DNA from: Pirellulales bacterium
Lineage (GTDB): Bacteria; Planctomycetota; Planctomycetia; Pirellulales; JAICIG01
DNA: 64,000 nucleotides
Reading direction: 5' to 3'
Assembly (NCBI GenBank): GCA_040901675.1
Contig: JBBDYJ010000017.1
Coordinates: forward strand, 93,072-157,071
Shown here piece by piece: positions 53,522 through 61,196 of this stretch (positions within the stretch are counted from its first letter, which is position 1; each line of letters begins with the position of its first letter). The position numbers and the translations under genes are program-made. The notes beneath the pieces were generated by a model that was not told the DNA's origin, ran no database searches, and was given only the letters and a program-made list of their open reading frames with translations.

Positions 53522-54310
53522 ATGTCGGTCAAGCAGCTTTTCGAGTCGGGCGACCTGTCAGGGGCCATTGCGGCCGCTAATGAGGAAGTGCGGGCTAACC
53601 CGGCCGACACCAGGCGAAGGACGTTCCTGTTCGAGCTGCTGGCATTCGCGGGCGAGCTGGATCGGGCCGAGCGGCAGCTCGGCGTGATCGCCCACCAGGA
53701 TCCGCAGAGCGAATGGCCGGCGCAGGTTTACGGCAATCTGCTGGCGGCGGAACGGGCGCGGCGGCGGTTCTACTCGGAGGGTCTCAAACCGGAGTTTCTG
53801 CTGGATCCACCGCCGTACGCTGATCTGCACTGCCAGGCAGCCAACCGTCTGCGTGAGAAGCGGGCGGGCGAGGCCAGCGGGCTGTTGGAGCAATCGGCGG
53901 AAGCACGGCCAGCACTGGCCGGCCGGATCGATGGCCAGGCGTTCGACGAGTTTTGCGACTGCGACGACCTGGTGGCGCCGTTTCTGGAGTTGTTCGTGCT
54001 GAGGGACTACGTTTGGGTGCCCTTTGAACAGATCCGCGAGCTGGAGATCTCGCCACCCGAGCGGCCGCGCGACCTGCTGTGGGCGGCGGCGCGGATCGTG
54101 CTGGCCGACGCCTCGCAGCGGCGGGGCTACGTGCCGGTCCTTTACCATGGATCGCACGAGCACGCCGACGACCAGGTGAAGCTGGGCCGCAGCACCGACT
54201 GGCAGGCCAGCGATTCGGGGCCGGTGCTTGGCGTCGGGCAGCGCGTCTTTCTGGTCGGCGAGGCCGACCGGGCGATCCTGGAGACCCGGTCGGTTGAGTT
54301 CGCGGCATAG
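53522..54310 (+). CDS. tagJ: T6SS accessory protein TagJ/ImpE
   Basis: VRANPAD..RRTFLFELL..GELDRA.RQL, DCDD..PFLE, YVWVPF, P.RPRDLLW, LGRSTDW, GVGQR. Confidence 0.9.
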   Translation: MSVKQLFESGDLSGAIAAANEEVRANPADTRRRTFLFELLAFAGELDRAERQLGVIAHQDPQSEWPAQVYGNLLAAERARRRFYSEGLKPEFLLDPPPYADLHCQAANRLREKRAGEASGLLEQSAEARPALAGRIDGQAFDEFCDCDDLVAPFLELFVLRDYVWVPFEQIRELEISPPERPRDLLWAAARIVLADASQRRGYVPVLYHGSHEHADDQVKLGRSTDWQASDSGPVLGVGQRVFLVGEADRAILETRSVEFAA

Positions 54311-54468
54311 CGGACTCCGGTGAGCCTTCGGACTGGCAAGCTCAGCGAATTCGAGCAACTTTTGCGGCGGCGGACCGAGAATGGTGGTAATCACAAGGGT
54401 CTCACGGCGAGGCCCAAGCGGCGATCCGGGCGCGGCCCGTGTACAAGAAAGACACTAGGAGAGCGGAC

Positions 54469-54954
54469 ATGGCACAGGTCGACTATTTTCTGAAGCTGGA
54501 CGGGATCGAGGGAGAGTCCACCGACAGCAAGCACAAGAACGAAATCGACGTGTTGAGTTATAGCTGGGGCGAGACGCAGCAGGGCTCGTTCAGCGCGGGC
54601 GGCGGCGGCGGGGCGGGCAGGGTCCAGATGAACGACTTCCACTTCACCATGAAGGCGAACAAGGCGACTCCCAAGCTGTTTTTGGCCTGCGCCACCGGCC
54701 AGCACATCAAGGAGGCCCTACTCACCGTCCGCAAGGCCGGCGGCGATCAGCAGCCATACCTGTGCATCAAGTTCAAAGACTTGCTGGTCTCGTCGTACCA
54801 GACCGGCGGCAGCCACGGCGACGTGGTTCCGACCGACCAGATCAGCCTGAACTTCAGCGAGATCGAGTTCGAATACAAGCCGCAGAAGCCCGATGGCTCG
54901 CTCGACGCCCCGGTCAAGACCGGCTACGACGTGAAGAAACGCACGAAGAAGTAA
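54469..54954 (+). CDS. hcp: T6SS tube protein Hcp (copy 2)
   Basis: Close paralog of 52952-53437; GGAG RBS before ATG 54469. Confidence 0.97.
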   Translation: MAQVDYFLKLDGIEGESTDSKHKNEIDVLSYSWGETQQGSFSAGGGGGAGRVQMNDFHFTMKANKATPKLFLACATGQHIKEALLTVRKAGGDQQPYLCIKFKDLLVSSYQTGGSHGDVVPTDQISLNFSEIEFEYKPQKPDGSLDAPVKTGYDVKKRTKK

Positions 54955-54978
54955 GTAATGTCCTCTTGACCGACCTCG

Positions 54979-55020
54979 CGGGACGCTCCGGGCCAGCCGC
55001 CCTGGGCGTCCCGTTTTTTT
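54979..55020 (+). terminator. Intrinsic terminator after hcp2
   Basis: CGGGACGC...GCGTCCCG stem followed by T7; homologous to the hcp1 terminator. Confidence 0.8.
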
Positions 55021-55165
55021 GGCCTGCCACGCGCCAGGCGTTCGGCATTGGAGCGCTTTTTAAGCAACTTTGCGGCAGCCCACACGAGAATAGTCGAGAG
55101 GCTTCGCGGCAAGGGCCCAACGGCAAAGGGCGTGGCCAGTCGCCCCGAGCACCGGAGAGCGGACC

Positions 55166-55267
55166 ATGGCACAGGTCGACTATTTTCTGAAGCTGGATGG
55201 GATCGAGGGGGAGTCCACCGACGACAAGCACAAGAACGAGATTGTGAAGGCAAACAAGAAGGTGTAG
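55166..55267 (+). pseudogene. hcp: Internally deleted third hcp (33-aa in-frame mini-Hcp)
   Basis: MAQVDYFLKLDGIEGESTDDKHKNEI fused directly to VKANKKV-stop. Confidence 0.9.
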
Positions 55268-55364
55268 CTTCTCGAACGGCCCGCGGGTAGGCTCGACGAC
55301 TAACGACATGGAATGAGCTGCGTGGTACGAGGAATGGAATGAACTGCGTTCTACGAGGCGCCGC

Positions 55365-56939
55365 ATGAACCCGTCCAGCCAGCCGACCAGCTACGAGGAA
55401 GTCCCCTACGAGAGCGGGCCGTTCGCGTACACGCACCCCGAGTCGCTGGCGACCATGGCGGCGTTGTTCGGCATGGCGCCGCCGCCCGTCGAACGCTGCC
55501 GCGTGCTGGAGTTGGGGTGCGCCAGCGGAGGGAACCTGATCCCGATGGCGCTGGGGCTGCCGGAGAGCCGCTTCGTGGGCATCGACCTTTCGCAGCGGCA
55601 GATCGCCGAGGGGCGGGCGATGGTGGCGGAGTTGAACCTGGCCAACATCGAGCTGGAGGCGATGAGCATCCTCGATTTCCGCGATCCGGCCGAGTTCGAT
55701 TACATCATCTGCCACGGCGTGTATTCGTGGGTCCCCGCGGCCGTGCAAGACCGGATCCTCTCGATCTGCGCCGAGAACCTGGCCCCCAACGGCGTGGCCT
55801 ACGTGAGCTACAACACGTATCCGGGCTGGCACGTGCGCGGGATGATCCGGGAGATGATGTGCTATGCCATCGATCGGCGGGCCGGCCCGCTGGAGCAGGT
55901 GAGGCAGGCGCGGGAGTTTCTCGATTTCTTGATTGCAAGCGTCCACGATGCCAAATCGCTTTACTCGCTGTTGCTGCAGGAGGAAGCGATGCTGCTGCGC
56001 ACGCAGACCGATTCGTACCTGCTGCACGAGCACCTGGAGGAGAGCAACGAGCCGTTGTACTTTTACCAGTTCGTCGAGCGGGCCACCGCCAGGGGCCTGC
56101 AGTACCTGGCGGAGGCGAAGCCCAGCGGCGCGGGGGCCAAGCTCTCGCCAGAGGCCTGGGAGACGCTGAAGCGCGCGTCGGCCAACCACATCGAGCTGGA
56201 GCAGCGACTCGACTTCCTCCACGACCGCACCTTCCGCCGCAGCCTGTTGTGCCACGAGCGAGTCGAACTACAGCGATCGCCGCCGCCGGAGACGTTGCGG
56301 CGGTTTCATTTGGCGGCCTCCGCCAAGCCCGAATCGGACCAGCCCGACCTGACATCGACTGAAGCCGAGGGATTCCGCGCTCGCGGGGTGTCGCTGTCGA
56401 CGAACCACCCGTTGGTCAAGGCGGCCCTGGTGCTGCTCTACGAGGAGTCGCCGCGGCGGCTGGCCTTCGACCGGCTTTGGGAAATGGTGTTGGGCCGGCT
56501 GGGGTGCCTTGAGCCGGGGCACTCGGCCGGCGACGTGCGGTTCGGCCCGGCGGACTGGCCGTCGCTGGCCGCCGCGCTGCTGCAATGCTGGGGGTCGGGA
56601 CTCGTGCACCTGCACCTGCACCCGGCCAAGCTGGTGCTGGAGGCGGGCGAGCGGCCGCTGGCTAGTCCATTGGCCCGGCTGCAAGCGGCCCGGGGCGGCA
56701 GCGTCACGAACATGCGTCACTACGAGATCCAAATCACCAGCGTCGACGCGGCCGTGCTGAGACATTTGGACGGCAGCCGCGGCCGGGCGGAATTGGCCGA
56801 GACGTTGGCCGGCCTGGTGGCGTCGGGCGAGCTAGCGGTGGAGCAGGCCGACGGGGCGCCCCTGGGCGACGACGTGCTCCGGCGGGAAGTCGATTCGAGC
56901 CTCGAGCGGCTGGCGAAGGGCGCCCTCTTGGTTGGCTAG
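55365..56939 (+). CDS. Class I SAM-dependent methyltransferase with methyltransferase-regulatory domain (PKMT-like)
   Basis: YEEVPYES..F..THP, RVLELGCASGGNL, FDYIICHGVYSWV, SYNTYPGW, YL.HEHLEE.NEP.YF, R.FRRSLL. Confidence 0.88.
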   Translation: MNPSSQPTSYEEVPYESGPFAYTHPESLATMAALFGMAPPPVERCRVLELGCASGGNLIPMALGLPESRFVGIDLSQRQIAEGRAMVAELNLANIELEAMSILDFRDPAEFDYIICHGVYSWVPAAVQDRILSICAENLAPNGVAYVSYNTYPGWHVRGMIREMMCYAIDRRAGPLEQVRQAREFLDFLIASVHDAKSLYSLLLQEEAMLLRTQTDSYLLHEHLEESNEPLYFYQFVERATARGLQYLAEAKPSGAGAKLSPEAWETLKRASANHIELEQRLDFLHDRTFRRSLLCHERVELQRSPPPETLRRFHLAASAKPESDQPDLTSTEAEGFRARGVSLSTNHPLVKAALVLLYEESPRRLAFDRLWEMVLGRLGCLEPGHSAGDVRFGPADWPSLAAALLQCWGSGLVHLHLHPAKLVLEAGERPLASPLARLQAARGGSVTNMRHYEIQITSVDAAVLRHLDGSRGRAELAETLAGLVASGELAVEQADGAPLGDDVLRREVDSSLERLAKGALLVG

Positions 56940-57046
56940 CGGGGATGGATTACGATTGACGTTTGGATGCCGCGGCGGCCGCGCCGGCCCCGGCGGTTGG
57001 GTTGGGCGGCGGGCCCGGCGGCTTTGGTAGCTGAGGAGAGAGCGGG

Positions 57047-57538
57047 ATGCCTCGCGTCGATTCGCAACAGCCTTTGCTTCCCTCGCTGCTGGATCGACTG
57101 ATCGACTCCGAGCCGGACGTATCGACCGAGCCTGCCTGGAGCCGCTCGCAGGGACTGCGGGAGCTCAAGGAGTCAGTCAAGCGCGACCTGGAGGCGCTTT
57201 TGAACACCCGGCGGACGCTCTCCGATCTGCCGGCCGATTTTGTAGAAGCAGCCCAGTCGATCCTGACCTACGGGCTGCCCGACCTGACGTCGTCGAGCAT
57301 CGTGAGCCTCGAGGACCGCGAGCGGCTGCGGCGGTCGGTCGAAGACGCGATCCGCCGCTTCGAGCCGCGTCTGATGAAGGTGCGGGTGAGCCTGCGAGAG
57401 GCCGCCAGCGAATCGGACCGCACCCTTCGGCTTCTGGTGGACGCCTGGCTGCGTCTGGACCCGGATCCCGAGCCGGTGACGTTCGACACGGTGGTCCAGC
57501 CGGCGACGGGCCGCTGCGAGGTGCAGTCGACGTCATGA
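57047..57538 (+). CDS. tssE: T6SS baseplate subunit TssE
   Basis: PSLLDRLID, VKRDLEALLNTR, YGLPDL, AIRRFEPRL. Confidence 0.95.
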   Translation: MPRVDSQQPLLPSLLDRLIDSEPDVSTEPAWSRSQGLRELKESVKRDLEALLNTRRTLSDLPADFVEAAQSILTYGLPDLTSSSIVSLEDRERLRRSVEDAIRRFEPRLMKVRVSLREAASESDRTLRLLVDAWLRLDPDPEPVTFDTVVQPATGRCEVQSTS

Positions 57539-59385
57539 CGCGCAATCCGCTGGAAACGCTGTACGAGAACGAGCTGACGTTCATCCGCAGGCTGGGGGCG
57601 GAGTTTGCCCGCGACAGGCCGAAAATCGCCGATCGGCTGCTGCTGGAGCATGAGACGGGCGTCTCCGACGATCCGCACGTCGAGCGATTGATCGAGGCCT
57701 TTGCCTTTCTGACGGCGCGGGTGCGGCTGAAGCTGGAGGACGAGTTCCCGGAGCTGACCGAGGCGCTCTTGGGCACGCTGTATCCGCACTACCTGGCGCC
57801 GATCCCGTCGATGGCGGTGGTCGAGTTCGTGGTCGATCCGCAGCGGGGCAAGCTGCCCAAAGGGCACACCATCGCGCGGCACAGCCAGTTGCGCTCACGG
57901 GAAGTCCAAGGGATGCCCTGCCGCTACCGGACGGCCTATCCGGTGACACTGTGGCCGATCGAGGTGGCGATGGCGCGGTACCAGACGGCGCCGTTCGGCA
58001 AGGACGTGGTCGCGCCGGCGGGGTCGTCGAACGCCAAGGCGATGATCCGCCTGGAGCTGAAGGCGGCGGCGGGAACGAGCTTCGCCGAACTCGAGATGGA
58101 GCGGCTGCGGTTTTTCTTGAGCGGGGACGAGCCGCTGGTTCACAAGCTGTACGAGTTGATTTTCAACCATGTCACGCAGGTTATGGTGCGCGCCGGGGGC
58201 GCGCCCACCGATCCGCCGCCGCTGGTGCTGGGCAAGGAATACCTGGCGGCCGTGGGCTTCGATCGCGACGAAGGGCTGCTGCCTTACTCGGGCAGGTCGT
58301 TCGTAGGCTACCGGCTGTTGAGCGAGTACTTCAGCTTTCCGAGCAAGTTCTTGTTCGTGGACGTCACTGGGCTGGAGAAGCTGGACCGCAAACGGTTGGG
58401 AAGCCGGCTGGAGATCCTGCTGTTTTTGAACCGCTCGGTGCCGAACCTGGAGGCCCAGGTGCAGGCCGAGACTTTCCGGCTGGGGTGCACGCCGGCGGTG
58501 AACCTGTTCGTGCAGGAAGCGGACCCGATCCACCTCTCGCACGCCAAGAGCGAGTACCTGGTGATCCCCGACGTGCGGCACCACGGGGCGATGGAGGTGT
58601 ACAGCGTCGATGCGGTGGAGAGCACGAACCTCGACACGCACGAGACAATCGCCTACCAGCCCTTCTACGGGCGGAAGCACGCCTCGCCGACGTCCGAGCA
58701 GCCGGCGTACTGGGCGATTACGCGGCGGCCCGGCGTGCGGAAGAACGACGCGGGCACGGACGTCTACCTGTCGCTGGTCGATCTTTCGTTCCAGCCGGCA
58801 AGGCCGCCCGCCGAGGTGCTGACGGTGTCGGCCACCTGCACGAACCGGGACCTGCCGGCACAACTGCGGGCTGCGGGGGGGGAGTCGTGGGAGTTTCAAT
58901 TGGAAGGCCAGGCTCCCTATCGGCGGATTGCGCCGGTGGCGGGCCCGACGGCGCCGGCGCGGCTGCCGATGGAAGAGCTGCGCTGGAGGTTGATCTCGCA
59001 CCTGTCGCTCAATCACCTGTCGATCACGGAAGCAGCGGACGGGGCCGAGGCGCTCAAGGACCTGCTGAAGGTGTATGACTATACGGCGACCCGGGCGGTA
59101 GCCGGGCACATCGACGGGATTGTGAACGTGAGCAGTCGGCGGAAGGTGGCGCCGGTGACGGACCGCAGCGGGCAGGGATTCTGCCGGGGCGTGGAGGTGA
59201 CGATCGAGTTCGACGAAGAGAAATACGCCGGGAGCGGCGTGTTCTTGTTCGCGGCGGTGCTGGAGCGTTTTTTGGGCCTGTATGCCTCGGTGAATTCGGC
59301 GACGCGCTTGGTCGCCCGCTTGAAGCAACGCGAGGCGCCTTTGAAGCAGTGGCCCTTCCGGGCTGGAGATCAGACGCTGTTGTAG
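57535..59385 (+). CDS. tssF: T6SS baseplate subunit TssF
   Basis: DPHVERLIEAFAFLTAR, YPHYLAPIPS, GYRLLSEYF.FP.KF, LGCTPAVNLF, WRLISHLSLNHL. Confidence 0.96.
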   Translation: MTRNPLETLYENELTFIRRLGAEFARDRPKIADRLLLEHETGVSDDPHVERLIEAFAFLTARVRLKLEDEFPELTEALLGTLYPHYLAPIPSMAVVEFVVDPQRGKLPKGHTIARHSQLRSREVQGMPCRYRTAYPVTLWPIEVAMARYQTAPFGKDVVAPAGSSNAKAMIRLELKAAAGTSFAELEMERLRFFLSGDEPLVHKLYELIFNHVTQVMVRAGGAPTDPPPLVLGKEYLAAVGFDRDEGLLPYSGRSFVGYRLLSEYFSFPSKFLFVDVTGLEKLDRKRLGSRLEILLFLNRSVPNLEAQVQAETFRLGCTPAVNLFVQEADPIHLSHAKSEYLVIPDVRHHGAMEVYSVDAVESTNLDTHETIAYQPFYGRKHASPTSEQPAYWAITRRPGVRKNDAGTDVYLSLVDLSFQPARPPAEVLTVSATCTNRDLPAQLRAAGGESWEFQLEGQAPYRRIAPVAGPTAPARLPMEELRWRLISHLSLNHLSITEAADGAEALKDLLKVYDYTATRAVAGHIDGIVNVSSRRKVAPVTDRSGQGFCRGVEVTIEFDEEKYAGSGVFLFAAVLERFLGLYASVNSATRLVARLKQREAPLKQWPFRAGDQTLL

Positions 59386-59671
59386 AAGGAGGAAGGCAGA
59401 AGGCAGAAGGCAGAAGGACGAAGGCAGAAGGACGACCATTCATCGCCCGTAGGGCGCACGATAGTTGCCAGGGACTTTAGTCGGTGGACGATTGCCCCAC
59501 CCTATTTTCTTTTCCGCCCGGAGGGCGGATGGAGGGGGAAGGCAAGGCGACAAGGGGAGACGAAGACGCCAAGGGCGTCCTGAACAGCAACGGCTGAACG
59601 GAAATAACGCGCAGCAGGTGCAAGCTACGACGATAGGAAGCCACGAAGTAAGAAGGGGAACAGGTTAAGCG

Positions 59672-60889
59672 ATGACGGACGCGGGCGGCAGAACAGAAGC
59701 TGACGTTGGTGTGCTGGCCGAAGATCCGGATACGGCCGGGCTAGGCGCCGGTGACAGCGCGCCGGCGCCTGGAGATCAGGAGGCGGCCACGGTCGGTATC
59801 GGACGGCTGTTGTACGAGGAGCCTTACCGGTTCGGGTTTTTCCAGGCGGTGCGGCTGCTCAAGCGGCTGGCGCCCACGCGCCAGGCGGTGGGCCGCGACG
59901 CGGCGCCGCTGGCCGAGGCGGCGCGGTTCAGGGCGCACCTCGGACTCCACTTTCCGCCCAGCGAAATCTACGACCTGGAGCCGGCCGGAGAAGACGGCAG
60001 GCCGCCCCGGTTGACGGCGGCCTTCATCGGCCTGTATGGGCCATCGGGCACGTTGCCCCGGCACTACACGGAGATGATGCTGGAGCGTGCGCGGCACAAA
60101 GACCACACGCTGCGGAGCTTTCTGGATCTGTTCAACCATCGCTTGATTTCGCTGTTCTACCGGGCTTGGGAGAAATACCGTTTCTGGCTGGGATACGAAC
60201 AGGCCGAGGTCCTGGGACAACAGGCCCGAGAGCGAAGTCCGCAGTCGCAGCGGGCGTTTGTGACCGAGGGGCGGCGGCGGAGCGATTTGCTTTCGCAGTG
60301 CCTGTTGGACCTGGCCGGCCTGGGTGAAGGGACGTTGCGCTACCGGGGCAGCGCCAAGCATGAGCTGGTGCCGCGGCACGAGGTCGCCGACGAGACGCTG
60401 CGGCACTACTCCGGGCTGTTGGCGCAGCGGCACCGATCGGCGGCCGCGTTGGAAACAATGCTGGAAGACTATTTCGAAGTGCCCGTGCGGGTGATACAGT
60501 TCAGCGGTCAATGGCTGATGCTGGAGGAGGAGAACCAGACGTGCCTGGGCCCGCCGGGGGGCAATACGCGGCTGGGCCTCGACACGGTGGTGGGGCAGCG
60601 GGTGTGGGACGTATCCAGCAAGTTCCGCGTGAGGCTGGGGCCGCTCGATCATCGGCAGTTCACCGAGTTCCTTCCCAGCGGGAAGGCGCACCGGCCGCTA
60701 GTGGACATGGTGCGGCTGTACGCGGGAGCGCAATTCGATTTTGACATGCAACTGGTGCTGAAGCGGGACGAGGTGCCGGCCTGCACACTGGGCGGAGGCG
60801 ATGGCGGCGTTCGGCTGGGCTGGGAGACGTGGCCCCGGGCCCATGAAATGGAGCGGGACGTCGAGGATGCGGTGGTGGGAGGGGGATGA
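59672..60889 (+). CDS. tssG: T6SS baseplate subunit TssG
   Basis: FGFFQAVRLL, GLYGPSGTLPRHYTE, FLDLFNHR...YRAWEKY, FRVRLGPL, LGW.TW. Confidence 0.95.
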   Translation: MTDAGGRTEADVGVLAEDPDTAGLGAGDSAPAPGDQEAATVGIGRLLYEEPYRFGFFQAVRLLKRLAPTRQAVGRDAAPLAEAARFRAHLGLHFPPSEIYDLEPAGEDGRPPRLTAAFIGLYGPSGTLPRHYTEMMLERARHKDHTLRSFLDLFNHRLISLFYRAWEKYRFWLGYEQAEVLGQQARERSPQSQRAFVTEGRRRSDLLSQCLLDLAGLGEGTLRYRGSAKHELVPRHEVADETLRHYSGLLAQRHRSAAALETMLEDYFEVPVRVIQFSGQWLMLEEENQTCLGPPGGNTRLGLDTVVGQRVWDVSSKFRVRLGPLDHRQFTEFLPSGKAHRPLVDMVRLYAGAQFDFDMQLVLKRDEVPACTLGGGDGGVRLGWETWPRAHEMERDVEDAVVGGG

Positions 60890-61196
60890 AGGCAGAAGGA
60901 GGAAGGCAGAAGGAGGAAGGCAGAAGGAGGAAGGAGGAAGGAGGAAGTCAAAGGTGGCACCTGCTTGGAGGTCCCAACGTGTTGGGACCGAGAAGCAGTG
61001 GTGCTCAGAAGTCAGAAGGCGGAAGAAGGAGGAGCACGAGAAGGGGACAAGGGGAACGCGGGGGGAGACTGGGGCACGCTGACGCTTTGCCGCCAGGCAC
61101 CCGCGGGACCAGGGGACAAGGGGAGACGAAGACGCCAGGGGCGTCTGGAAGATACTGAGGTCCGGGCGAGTTGCACGGCAAGCGAGGGAGCTTTCG

